The notes under the pieces are model-generated. The model searched no databases, was not told the DNA's origin, and worked only from the letters and a program-made list of their open reading frames with translations. Of a stretch of DNA of 64,000 bases, positions 39,482-49,311 are shown piece after piece. This stretch comes from Nitrospirales bacterium. Its GTDB lineage: Bacteria; Nitrospirota; Nitrospiria; Nitrospirales; UBA8639. Where the stretch lies: positions 1,216,001-1,280,000 of the forward strand of contig OY729426.1 of assembly GCA_963422365.1 (NCBI GenBank), in the 5' to 3' direction. Each line of letters opens with the position of its first letter. Position 1 is the stretch's first letter. The translations under genes were made by a program, and so were the position numbers.

Positions 39482-42034
39482 ATGATGAGAGTCTATGAAT
39501 TAGCTAAGAAATTGGGCAAGGAAAATCGGGTCCTTATTGCCGAGCTGAGCAGAATGGGCATTGAGGTCTCCTCCCATAGCAGTGCCTTAAGTGAGAAGGA
39601 TATGCAGAAAGCCTTGAAAGCGTTTTCGGGGGAAGCGAGTGGGGAGACGGTGACGCAGAAGGTGGCTGGTTCGACCAAAACCGCCAAGAAAGCCCCCTCA
39701 CGGCCTTCAAGAGGACATGGCCAGGCCCTCGCGCGCGAAAAGGAAAAGGCTGCAGAAGAAGAAGTTCGCAAACCTGAAAAGAAACACATTTTAATCAAAC
39801 GGCGAAAAGAAGAAGTCGTACTTCCTCCTGAGCCAGACCTCTTGATGCAAGAGGGGCCTCTGGGAGATGGCAGCCGTCCATCTCTCCCTAAGAGCGAAAC
39901 GCCAGAATCGGGGTTTGTGGAATACGAGCCCCCAGAAGTGGCGGCTATGGCGCAGGCTGTAACTGCCGAACCAACGACCCCTGGCGTCTTGCCTTCAATC
40001 GAAGAAAAGGCTCCTCTCGTTGTGGCCTCTGAGCAGGGCACGACTCATCCTGAAAAAGACAAAGCGGTTGATGAGCAAGAAAAAGCCAAAGAAAATGAGA
40101 AACCGAAAAAAACTCGGAAAGCTGGAAAACCTCGAGATGCAGACCTCTTTGCTGAAATCTATGAAGACGCTGCTCGATGGCAAGATCTTCGTCCTCTTCC
40201 AACCTTGAGACGTGAAGAACGATCTCGGCATATCCCTTCTTCCACGTCTACCGAAATCACGAAACCGAGGAAAAAGACCGTCAAACTGTCATCCGGCATT
40301 ACGGTGAAAGAATTTGCGGAACACCTAGGCCTCCGTGCAGCGGAAGTGATTCGTCAGTTAATGGAAATGGGGGTAGGCCTCACGTTGAATCAACCCATGG
40401 TTCTGGATGCTGGTACGCTGATTGCTGAAAAGGTAGGGATTCAAGTTGAGATTCAGACGGAGAAAGAAGGTGAAGCGCTCTTAGAAGCAATCTTTGAGCC
40501 TGCGGCCGAGCCGAAATTCTTGCCTCGGGCTCCGGTTGTCACCATTATGGGGCATGTGGATCATGGGAAAACATCTTTGCTTGACGCGATTCGTCAGACC
40601 AGTGTGACTGAACAAGAAGCGGGAGGAATCACTCAACATATCGGAGCCTACTCCATTCAGGTTGGTGAGAAAAGTGTGACGTTTCTTGATACCCCCGGTC
40701 ATGAAGCGTTTACGGCCATGAGGGCACGCGGGGCACAAGTGACCGATATTGTGGTCTTGGTGGTCGCTGCAGATGATGGCGTCATGCCGCAAACCGTCGA
40801 GGCTGCCAATCATGCGCAGGCTGCCAATGTCCCCATCCTGGTGGCCATCAACAAAGTCGATAAACCAGGAGCCAATCCTGATCGGGTCAAGCAGGGGCTG
40901 TCGGAATATGGCCTCGTTCCTGAAGCCTGGGGCGGACAAACCATTTACGTGGAAGTGTCAGCCAAAGAAAAGCAAGGCTTGGAGACCTTATTGGAGATGT
41001 TATTGCTTCAAGCCGAGGTCATGGAGTTGAACACGGATGTGACCCGAACCACGAAGGGTGTCGTATTGGAAGCCCGATTGGATCGAGGCCGTGGTCCTGT
41101 CGCAACCGTGTTGGTCCAAAGTGGGATGTTGAAAGTCGGAGCCACGTATGTGATGGGCGCGATCAGTGGTCGTGTGCGAGCGATGGTGTCTTATGATGGA
41201 AAAAAAGTCCTTGAAGCCGGGCCCTCCACCCCCGTCGAGGTGATAGGATTATGGGGGTTGCCGGCTGCAGGTGATCAATTAGTCGTCGTCAAAGATGAGC
41301 GGGTAGCCAGAGAGATCGCCGAGTCTCGACAACAAACACTCCGTACGGCGGAGCTTGGTACCGGACCAAGCCGGCTCACGTTGGATGCGCTGTTTGCTCA
41401 AGGCCAAGAGTTGGACAAAAAAGAATTGGCGGTATTGATTAAAGCGGATGCCCAAGGGTCGGTCGGTGCCTTGTGCGAATCCATCGCAAAAATTTCCTCT
41501 GAGACTGTCGAGGTGCAGATTATTCATCGTGGCGTTGGGGGTATCACCGAATCCGACGTGTTGTTAGCGTCTGCGTCGAAGGCGCTTGTGATTGGATTTC
41601 ACATTCGTCCAGATCCCAAATCGGCGGCGCTTGCTGAACGTGAGGGCGTTGAAATTCGACTCCATACAATTATTTATCATGCGATCGCCGACGTCAAAGC
41701 GGCTGCTGAAGGGTTGCTGGAGCCTATCCTTACGGAGCGTGTGTTGGGACGCGCGGAGGTTCGACAGGTCTTTACGATCCCGAAAATTGGCGCCATTGCG
41801 GGCTCCTATGTCACGGATGGGCATATCGTCCGTGCGAGTGGGGGTATTCGCTTGCTACGGGATAGCGTGATCGTCTATGAAGGGAAACTGGGTTCGTTGC
41901 GACGCTTTAGAGATGATGTCCGAGAAGTGCAGCAGGGGTATGAGTGTGGGATCGCCATTGAAAACTTCAATGATATTAAAGTCGGCGATGTTATTGAAGC
42001 GTACGTTTTTGATAAAGAGCCAGCCAAACTGTAA
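39482..42034 (+). CDS. infB: Translation initiation factor IF-2
   Basis: [32 protein letters not shown]. Confidence 0.98.
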   Translation: MMRVYELAKKLGKENRVLIAELSRMGIEVSSHSSALSEKDMQKALKAFSGEASGETVTQKVAGSTKTAKKAPSRPSRGHGQALAREKEKAAEEEVRKPEKKHILIKRRKEEVVLPPEPDLLMQEGPLGDGSRPSLPKSETPESGFVEYEPPEVAAMAQAVTAEPTTPGVLPSIEEKAPLVVASEQGTTHPEKDKAVDEQEKAKENEKPKKTRKAGKPRDADLFAEIYEDAARWQDLRPLPTLRREERSRHIPSSTSTEITKPRKKTVKLSSGITVKEFAEHLGLRAAEVIRQLMEMGVGLTLNQPMVLDAGTLIAEKVGIQVEIQTEKEGEALLEAIFEPAAEPKFLPRAPVVTIMGHVDHGKTSLLDAIRQTSVTEQEAGGITQHIGAYSIQVGEKSVTFLDTPGHEAFTAMRARGAQVTDIVVLVVAADDGVMPQTVEAANHAQAANVPILVAINKVDKPGANPDRVKQGLSEYGLVPEAWGGQTIYVEVSAKEKQGLETLLEMLLLQAEVMELNTDVTRTTKGVVLEARLDRGRGPVATVLVQSGMLKVGATYVMGAISGRVRAMVSYDGKKVLEAGPSTPVEVIGLWGLPAAGDQLVVVKDERVAREIAESRQQTLRTAELGTGPSRLTLDALFAQGQELDKKELAVLIKADAQGSVGALCESIAKISSETVEVQIIHRGVGGITESDVLLASASKALVIGFHIRPDPKSAALAEREGVEIRLHTIIYHAIADVKAAAEGLLEPILTERVLGRAEVRQVFTIPKIGAIAGSYVTDGHIVRASGGIRLLRDSVIVYEGKLGSLRRFRDDVREVQQGYECGIAIENFNDIKVGDVIEAYVFDKEPAKL

Positions 42035-42101
42035 TCCTGTGTTGACCGGTCGTGGCGTGGTTGCAATGAGTCGTAGGTGTTGAGTGCCTTGCTGAGAACC
42101 C

Positions 42102-42383
42102 ATGGTCGTTGGGGTCTGTCGGATAGAATTGCATGTGCCCGAAGGGCATTCGCTGAAATCGAAACGGCAAATTCTGTCGAGCCTCAAAACGCGTCTCTGC
42201 CAGACATTCAGGGTGTCAGTGGCTGAGCTTGAAGATCATGATCTCTGGCAGCGATCCGTGTTGGGCATTGCCTGTATTGCGAATGAATCGGGTCACGTGA
42301 ATCGGGTGCTTGATCAATCGCTCAATATGATTCGGGCCACACCCACTTTGGAGTTATTCAATTTTCGAATAGAACTGTTGTAG
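42102..42383 (+). CDS. DUF503 (YlxP-like) protein
   Basis: HSLKSKR, VSVAE..DLWQRS.LG. Confidence 0.9.
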   Translation: MVVGVCRIELHVPEGHSLKSKRQILSSLKTRLCQTFRVSVAELEDHDLWQRSVLGIACIANESGHVNRVLDQSLNMIRATPTLELFNFRIELL

Positions 42384-42396
42384 GGTGGGAAGAAGC

Positions 42397-42819
42397 GTGA
42401 GTGTCGTGTCGAAGCCGACGTATAAACGATCGGTCAGGGTGGCTGATCAAATCAGAATGGAGGTCGCGGATATTCTTGCCAGAAAATGCAAGGATCCCCG
42501 GCTTCGGCTCGTGACGGTCACTGATGTTGAGATGAGTCATGATCTGCATGTCGCCCGCGTCTATGTTTCCTTGTTTGGGAACCGGGTTGATGAGGAAGAC
42601 ATCGGAAAGATTCTTAAAAATGCGACGGGGTTTGTGCGTTTGGAATTAGGTCGGCGCTTGGATTTGCGGTATACACCGGAGGTGGCATTCTGGTTCGACT
42701 CGAGTGGCTCGCGAGCAGACAAGATTGACCGGATTCTTGATGACGTGCTCCCCGTTGGCGATGAGTCTGGACGCGAGGGGGGGTGCAGGGGCGAATCCGG
42801 AGATGAGGGAAAGGCATGA
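42397..42819 (+). CDS. rbfA: Ribosome-binding factor A (start uncertain)
   Basis: KDPRL..VTVTDV..DL..ARVY, LRYTPE. Confidence 0.95.
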   Translation: MSVVSKPTYKRSVRVADQIRMEVADILARKCKDPRLRLVTVTDVEMSHDLHVARVYVSLFGNRVDEEDIGKILKNATGFVRLELGRRLDLRYTPEVAFWFDSSGSRADKIDRILDDVLPVGDESGREGGCRGESGDEGKA

Positions 42820-43808
42820 TGGCCGAAATGCTTGATGGGATTTCTTCCGTCTCTCGCGTGACATCGGCGACTCCACACGGAGTGCTGAACGTCTTCAAGC
42901 CAACAGGGTGGACGTCTCACGATGTCGTGGCCAAGGTTCGCCGTCTGCTTCAGATCCGTAAAGTGGGTCACGCCGGCACCTTGGATCCCGAGGCCACCGG
43001 CGTTCTTCCCGTCTTGCTGGGACAAGGAACAAGACTCTCAGCCGTTCTTGTGCATTGGGACAAAGAATATGAGGCTGTCTTGTGTCTCGGGCAAGAGACA
43101 ACAACCCAAGATGCTACGGGCGAAATTGTGAAGGACTGTCCTATCCACGGGCTTTGTCACGAGACCATTCATGCGGTGATTGGGCAATTTCAAGGTGAAC
43201 AGCAGCAAGTGCCTCCCATGTATTCAGCGGTAAAAATTGGCGGGCAACCGCTGTACAAAGCTGCGCGTTCAGGTCAAACTCTTGACCGCCCGGCGCGCGC
43301 TATTACCATTTACCACCTTGAGGTCAGGGCGCTGGCCTTGCCCTATGTGACCCTTTGGGTTCGCTGTTCCAAGGGTACGTACATTCGCACCTTATGTGCG
43401 GATATTGGCCAGAAATTGGGCGTGGGAGGGCATCTGAGTCAATTAACCCGAGTTCGAGCAGGGCCGTTCTCCCTTGACCAGGCGTTGCCACTTTGTGAAA
43501 TTGGAAGTGTCGAGGACCTCGTCAAACCCCACGCTTCTTTCCTGAATCTCGATGAGGCTTTAGCCGATCTTCCGGCGGTGATCGTTGATGACGCAATGGT
43601 GAGGAAGGTCTTAAACGGCACTCCTGTTTCAAAAACCGCAATTCGGTCGGAGGAGTCTCGTGAGACCCCTCCAGGAACGTTGATTCGGGTGAAAGATGAC
43701 AGGGGGCGGCTACTGGCCCTCGGCAAATGGGCCTCAGCGACGTCAACGCTGGATCAGCCGATACATCAATTACATATGGTCAAAGTGTTTGGAGAGAAGA
43801 TGTCTTGA
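42816..43808 (+). CDS. truB: tRNA pseudouridine(55) synthase
   Basis: KVGHAGTLDP, PPMYSA, CSKGTYIR. Confidence 0.97.
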   Translation: MMAEMLDGISSVSRVTSATPHGVLNVFKPTGWTSHDVVAKVRRLLQIRKVGHAGTLDPEATGVLPVLLGQGTRLSAVLVHWDKEYEAVLCLGQETTTQDATGEIVKDCPIHGLCHETIHAVIGQFQGEQQQVPPMYSAVKIGGQPLYKAARSGQTLDRPARAITIYHLEVRALALPYVTLWVRCSKGTYIRTLCADIGQKLGVGGHLSQLTRVRAGPFSLDQALPLCEIGSVEDLVKPHASFLNLDEALADLPAVIVDDAMVRKVLNGTPVSKTAIRSEESRETPPGTLIRVKDDRGRLLALGKWASATSTLDQPIHQLHMVKVFGEKMS

Positions 43809-43874
43809 GAACAACGTCTGGTTCGCTGACACCTTTCCATGAAGAAGCCTGAAAAAAGGAGGAAGGAGGCTGGT

Positions 43875-44144
43875 ATGGTAGCGGTCAAGGAAGCAAAAGC
43901 AGAGATCGTACGGCGACATCAGGGTCATGAAGGTGATACCGGTTCCTCAGAGGTGCAAATTGCCTTGTTGACGAACCGTATCAACTATTTAACCGACCAT
44001 TTGCGTACGCATAAAAAAGACCATCATTCGCGACATGGGTTGCTGAGAATGGTCAGCCTTCGCCGACGCTTGTTGGATTATTTGCATCGAAAAAATGTTG
44101 ATCAGTATCGCGCTATTCTTGGAAAATTAGGGTTGCGGAAATAA
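43875..44144 (+). CDS. rpsO: 30S ribosomal protein S15
   Basis: [21 protein letters not shown]. Confidence 0.98.
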   Translation: MVAVKEAKAEIVRRHQGHEGDTGSSEVQIALLTNRINYLTDHLRTHKKDHHSRHGLLRMVSLRRRLLDYLHRKNVDQYRAILGKLGLRK

Positions 44145-44197
44145 CAAGGCTTCTCAACGGCTAAAGGTTCGCACGAAGGCAAGAAGGAGAGACGTAT

Positions 44198-46300
44198 ATG
44201 GTGCAAGCGGTTGAATTGGATATAGCAGGACGCAAGATGCGATTGGAGACGGGTCGGATGGCCAAGCTAGCCGATGGGGCTGTTTTGGCCTCCTATGGGG
44301 ATACCGTGATTTTGGCAACGGCAGTGGCTTCCAAGACATTGAAGCCGGATGTGGATTTTTTGCCGCTCACGATCAATTATCAGGAAAAAGCCTATTCGGC
44401 TGGAAAAATTCCAGGGGGATATTTCAAGCGAGAAGGGGCGCCATCGGAAAAAGAAACTTTAACAAGCCGGCTCATTGACCGGCCTATTCGCCCCTTGATC
44501 CCGAAGGGGTTTTCTTATGAGACGCAAGTCATCGTGTCGGTGCTCTCGGTCGATCAATCGATGACCTCGGAAGTGGTCGGGCTCACCGCTGCCTCAGCTG
44601 CGCTGGCGATCTCGGATATTCCCTTTGGCGGCCCGTTAGCTGGAGTGAAAATCGGACGAGTGAATGGTCAATTTGTGGTCAACCCCAATATGCAGGAGCT
44701 TCAGAACAGTGAACTCGATTTGGTGGTCGCCGGCACCAAGGACGCGATCCTGATGGTGGAAGCCGGGGCGAATGGGCTGTCCGAGTCTGTGTTACTGGAT
44801 GCGTTGGAGTTAGCCCATTCGGAAATCAAGAAGGTGGTTTCGAACATTGTCGAGTTGCAGACGACGGTGGGACGGACCAAGCGGGTTGTGCCGGTCGAGC
44901 CGGTCAGTGAGGAGTTGGAACGACAGGTGCACGAATCGGTTGCCTGCCCGATTCGAGAAGCCGTCCTCATAGCCAACAAAACCGATCGGCAAGAGCGGTT
45001 GGACCAAATCCTGGCCGCCGCGGTCGAAAAGCTAGGCGAAGAGGACCTAGTGCGATGTCGGCAAGTCAAAAGGGTCTATCATGATTTGGAATATCATGAA
45101 GTCCGAGAGATGATTCTGGAAAAGAAAGTCCGAGCCGATGGTCGGGGGCCTTCCGATATTCGGCCCATCGCATGCGAAACGAGTATTTTGCCGCGCACGC
45201 ATGGCTCTGCCCTGTTCACGAGAGGGGAAACCCAAAGCCTGGCTGTGGTCACGCTGGGGACCTCAGACGATGAACAACGCATTGATGCACTCGAGGGGGA
45301 GTATTTCCGCAATTTTATGCTTCACTATAATTTTCCACCGTTTAGTGTGGGAGAAGCCCGACCATTGCGTTCGCCTGGGCGACGCGAAGTTGGGCATGGG
45401 AAACTTGCGGAGCGTGCCTTGAAGTCGGTTCTGCCGGACAAAGAGGGGTTTCCCTATACCATTCGCATCGTGTCGGATATTTTGGAATCCAATGGCTCCT
45501 CCTCCATGGCCACGGTGTGCGGAGGCACCTTAGCCATGATGGATGCCGGCGTGCCCATTAAAAAACCAGTTGCGGGCATTGCTATGGGGCTCATCAAAGA
45601 CGGTGACCGTGTCCTTATTTTGTCAGATATTCTTGGACTCGAAGATCATGTGGGAGACATGGATTTTAAAGTGACGGGGACACGAGAGGGGGTCACCGCG
45701 CTTCAAATGGACATCAAAATCGAGGGGATCACCATTGATTTAATGCGGCAAGCACTCGAACAAGCCCGGGCCGGACGCCTGCACATTTTAGAAAAAATGC
45801 AGGAATCGCTCGCATCTCCTCGGGATGCTCTTGCGCCCTATGCCCCTCGAATGTATACGCTTCAGATCAAACCCGACAAAATTCGCGATGTCATCGGGCC
45901 GGGCGGGAAGGTCATTCGTAGTATCATTGCGGAATGTGGGGTCAAGGTCAACGTCGAGGATTCGGGTCTGGTGGCAATTGCGGCGGTGGACGAAGCTTCG
46001 GCCAATCAGGCGATTGAAATGGTCAACCGGTTGACGGAGGAAGCGATAGTCGGGAAAACCTATCTGGGGACTGTCCGAAAAATCGTCGATTTCGGGGCCT
46101 TCGTCGAAATTTTACCCAATGTGGATGGCTTGGTTCATATTTCACAATTAGCCCCGCATCGAGTCCAAGCCGTGTCCGATGAACTCTCGGAAGGGGAACA
46201 AGTCCTGGTCAAAGTCTTGGAAATCGACAGGCAGGGTAAAATTCGTTTGAGCCGGAAAGAGGCGCTCATGGATTCAGAACAGCCGTCTGCTGTTTCGTAA
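44198..46300 (+). CDS. pnp: Polyribonucleotide nucleotidyltransferase
   Basis: AGKIPGG, RGETQ, ESNGSSS, GDMDFK, KH and S1 domains. Confidence 0.98.
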   Translation: MVQAVELDIAGRKMRLETGRMAKLADGAVLASYGDTVILATAVASKTLKPDVDFLPLTINYQEKAYSAGKIPGGYFKREGAPSEKETLTSRLIDRPIRPLIPKGFSYETQVIVSVLSVDQSMTSEVVGLTAASAALAISDIPFGGPLAGVKIGRVNGQFVVNPNMQELQNSELDLVVAGTKDAILMVEAGANGLSESVLLDALELAHSEIKKVVSNIVELQTTVGRTKRVVPVEPVSEELERQVHESVACPIREAVLIANKTDRQERLDQILAAAVEKLGEEDLVRCRQVKRVYHDLEYHEVREMILEKKVRADGRGPSDIRPIACETSILPRTHGSALFTRGETQSLAVVTLGTSDDEQRIDALEGEYFRNFMLHYNFPPFSVGEARPLRSPGRREVGHGKLAERALKSVLPDKEGFPYTIRIVSDILESNGSSSMATVCGGTLAMMDAGVPIKKPVAGIAMGLIKDGDRVLILSDILGLEDHVGDMDFKVTGTREGVTALQMDIKIEGITIDLMRQALEQARAGRLHILEKMQESLASPRDALAPYAPRMYTLQIKPDKIRDVIGPGGKVIRSIIAECGVKVNVEDSGLVAIAAVDEASANQAIEMVNRLTEEAIVGKTYLGTVRKIVDFGAFVEILPNVDGLVHISQLAPHRVQAVSDELSEGEQVLVKVLEIDRQGKIRLSRKEALMDSEQPSAVS

Positions 46301-46431
46301 GGGGATGTCGACAGTGAACATCCCCATCCTTCACTTCAAAATGGGTGAATGCGTGCGCAGGGAGGCGTACTGTATCTTTTCCACTTCCCTGTCGGATTTT
46401 TTTCACCACGCCAGTTTCAGGTATCGAGAAA

Positions 46432-47709
46432 ATGACCTGGACTCGTAAGATATTCCTCGACAATGGCATTCGCGTTGTCATGGAACGGATGCCGGCTCTC
46501 AAGTCTGTTGCGATGAGTGTCTGGGAAAATGTCGGCACCAGAGATGAAGGGCCTCAGCAAAAAGGTCTCGCCCATTTCCTTGAACATATGATGTTCAAAG
46601 GCACTCGCCGTCGATCGGCGACACAAATTTCTCATGAAATCGATAGCCTGGGTGGAGAGATGAATGCCTTTACCACTCATGAAACCACCACACTGTATAT
46701 CAAGGTATTAGATCAACAAATCGGGCAAGCGATCGACTTATTAGCCGATGTCTTCTGTCACTCCCGTTTTGATCGTAAGGAAATCGAACGAGAAAAACAG
46801 GTCGTATTGGAAGAGATCCGAGCGGTTCGAGACGACCCGGAAGATTTTGTTCAAGAACTGCATGCCAAGCAGGTGTTACGGGGACATCCTTTGGGGCGGT
46901 CGATTTTGGGGGATCAGGCCACCATCAAACGCATTCAACGACGCGATGTTCTCCAATATCTGGATCAACACTATCGTCCGGAGAAAACCGTGATTGCGGT
47001 GGCAGGGAATTTTGAGGTGGAGGAGGTGGCAGCCTTAGTCAATGCAGCATTCGGAAAGTGGAGCCCTGCTGGGAGCGAAGAGAATGGAGTGCAACGGCAA
47101 AAGCCTCCCCATGTGCGTGGCGGAGTCTTGGTGCACCAGAAACGGTTGGAGCAGGTCCATGTCTGTATAGGATTTAAGGGGCTTCCTCTGTCGCATCCGT
47201 CCCGATATGCAGCCTATACGCTGAACGCCCTGCTTGGGGGAGGGATGAGTTCCCGACTTTTTCAGGAAATTCGTGAGAAACGAGGCTTGGCGTATACGAT
47301 CTATTCCCAATTATCGAGTTTTTCAGATGGGGGGGTGTTGACCATTTATGCGGCGAGCAGTGCCAAAGAGGCACCCTCAGTGGTAGAGGTGGTGTGTCGA
47401 GAAATCAAAAAAATACAAAAACGTGGGCCTGTTCCCCAAGAATTGGAGCGAACTAAAAACCAATTAAAAGGGACCTTGATGCTGGGGTTGGAAGGGACCT
47501 ATGGGCGAATGAATAAGTTAGCCAAAGATGAACTCGCACAGGGGCGGTATGTGTCCCTTCAAGAACTCGTGTCTGAAATTGATCGTGTTTCCGTGCAAGA
47601 CATTCAAGCAATATGCCAAAAGCTCTTGGATTTTGACTCAATGTCCGTGACGGCGTTGGGACCCGTGGCTCAGGGAACCTTTCAGGAGAAGAATTTTGCT
47701 CACCCCTGA
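46432..47709 (+). CDS. M16 family zinc peptidase
   Basis: AHFLEHMMFKGT (HxxEH), NAFT, GGGMSSRLFQEIREKRGLAY. Confidence 0.95.
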   Translation: MTWTRKIFLDNGIRVVMERMPALKSVAMSVWENVGTRDEGPQQKGLAHFLEHMMFKGTRRRSATQISHEIDSLGGEMNAFTTHETTTLYIKVLDQQIGQAIDLLADVFCHSRFDRKEIEREKQVVLEEIRAVRDDPEDFVQELHAKQVLRGHPLGRSILGDQATIKRIQRRDVLQYLDQHYRPEKTVIAVAGNFEVEEVAALVNAAFGKWSPAGSEENGVQRQKPPHVRGGVLVHQKRLEQVHVCIGFKGLPLSHPSRYAAYTLNALLGGGMSSRLFQEIREKRGLAYTIYSQLSSFSDGGVLTIYAASSAKEAPSVVEVVCREIKKIQKRGPVPQELERTKNQLKGTLMLGLEGTYGRMNKLAKDELAQGRYVSLQELVSEIDRVSVQDIQAICQKLLDFDSMSVTALGPVAQGTFQEKNFAHP

Positions 47710-47711
47710 CA

Positions 47712-47768
47712 ATCCGTTGCATTTTTCCTGGAAAGCCTCTTGACAACTTGCAACGGGATGAGTAGCAT
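47712..47768 (+). promoter_or_regulatory. Sigma70-like promoter with flanking inverted repeat
   Basis: TTGACA(47740)-17bp-TAGCAT(47763); ccgttgca and tgcaacgg flank the -35 box. Confidence 0.65.
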
Positions 47769-47942
47769 GGGCGACTCTGAATAAAGATGAGAGGGGGTCG
47801 AATCTGACCAAAAAATAGTGGGAAAGTGCGGGGGTTACTTTTGCATGCAACAGAGTAAAATGTCGTTGCAATTGAAAATTTTTTTGGTTAAAAAACACGA
47901 GTCGTTATTTTTATTATGTCATCCTAAGTAAAGGAGGGGGAA

Positions 47943-48491
47943 ATGAAGAAGTCATTTTTCCGTGGGGGAGTTCTGGGATTGCTCGCTGCAAGTCTGATGT
48001 TGTTTGGGTTTATCGGTCTGGCAGATGCCCAAAAGGGCCCCTGTTCCAGCAACAAAAAATGTAAGGGTGATCCAAATCAAGTTGCCAGTATCGGGGGCAT
48101 GGAACTCCGTGGGACAGCACCCTCAAGTTTAAAGGGTCGTGTTTATGCCCATTGGGCTGACAATCCGAGTGGAGAGATTCTCTTTGGCATTCAATATTGG
48201 AACACCAGCAACCCTGCCGAAGTCGGTGATCCTCTTGGGCGTGCTTCCGATGATCGGGACGTGTCAATTCCTGATCCGTTATTCGTCTGCTGTGGGTGGG
48301 GGTATCAAGGTGGTGAGGATCTAAACAATCCGTATGCTGGATGGTACAACCCACAAACAACGGTTCGGTTACGGGTCAAAGATTCCTCGTTGATGAAGCA
48401 GCTGACGGAAGCGTCACAAAATTTGGTGGCGATGGAAGTGCAACTCGACGGCAATACCGTCACGGGATTCAAAGTCCTCGCTAGCGAGTAA
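47943..48491 (+). CDS. Secreted protein of unknown function
   Basis: SD AAGGAGG; signal peptide ending ADA; C-x5-C and VCCGWG. Confidence 0.9.
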   Translation: MKKSFFRGGVLGLLAASLMLFGFIGLADAQKGPCSSNKKCKGDPNQVASIGGMELRGTAPSSLKGRVYAHWADNPSGEILFGIQYWNTSNPAEVGDPLGRASDDRDVSIPDPLFVCCGWGYQGGEDLNNPYAGWYNPQTTVRLRVKDSSLMKQLTEASQNLVAMEVQLDGNTVTGFKVLASE

Positions 48492-48588
48492 CGAACGAAT
48501 TTTATGGAATAATAACATAAATAAAAGAAGAGGACTTATTTCAATTTCAAGAGTTTTTATTTTTAGCGTTTAAGAGGAGGAAGGAATT

Positions 48589-49242
48589 ATGAAAATGTGG
48601 AAATCAGGGTTAGCCGTTGTAACTGCCTTGATCGTGGTGGGTTGGATGGCCTCCAGTGCGCTTGCTATTGAAGCATTCCAAGAAAGGTTTGAGTGGGGTG
48701 ATCTCAGTAAAGGTACCTCTCTGCATGGCCGAGTGGCTGTTGTTGATCCGTACGAAAAGGCTGCTTGGGTAAATATTGCGGTGTTTGGGGGCAATGCCGA
48801 AAGTGGATACTATTGGCAAAAGTATTTTCCAGGAAATAATTTGAAAGTCTATCCTGCCAATGATGCGGTGTGGGGCAAACTCATGGCCTTAGGCAAAGCC
48901 TCGCACAGTCAGGCTGTGATGAGTGGGACTGAGCCTTCCAAATACGGCCTAGCTGATCTCGTGATTCAGGAGACTGACCAGAATCATCGGATCGTGTCGT
49001 CGGTCTCTGAAATTCCTGAGGTTGCCGGCACTCCGGACAACCCACGAAGTATTCATAGCCTCAGGTCAATTAGCGTCGTGGATTCTATTGACAACAACCA
49101 TTGGGCACAAAATAAGAAGATGCAGTATGATGTAATTATTCCAGGTGTGGGACCGATTTCTGGGTTTATCCCCTATTCCAATCAAAATCCTCATAGTTCA
49201 AAGGGGACAGCGGAAGGAAAGTTCGGGGGGTTGTTGCAATAA
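48589..49242 (+). CDS. Secreted protein of unknown function
   Basis: SD GAGGAGG; signal peptide ending ALA; aromatic-rich, no Cys. Confidence 0.9.
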   Translation: MKMWKSGLAVVTALIVVGWMASSALAIEAFQERFEWGDLSKGTSLHGRVAVVDPYEKAAWVNIAVFGGNAESGYYWQKYFPGNNLKVYPANDAVWGKLMALGKASHSQAVMSGTEPSKYGLADLVIQETDQNHRIVSSVSEIPEVAGTPDNPRSIHSLRSISVVDSIDNNHWAQNKKMQYDVIIPGVGPISGFIPYSNQNPHSSKGTAEGKFGGLLQ

Positions 49243-49265
49243 GCTAACGTAGGCTTTCGCTAAAC

Positions 49266-49311
49266 AAAATGGCAGGATCTCTTTTCATGGGGGGGGGTCC
49301 TGCCATTTTTT
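49266..49311. terminator. Probable bidirectional intrinsic terminator
   Basis: aaaatggcaggatc...ggtcctgccatttttt between convergent genes. Confidence 0.8.

Noticed and set aside
46301..46325. Hairpin ggggatgt...acatcccc after pnp as an intrinsic terminator
   Set aside because: No following T-tract; function cannot be supported
47829..47846. Sigma54 promoter (GG-N10-GC)
   Set aside because: -24 element lacks TGGCAC and a better sigma70 match lies upstream
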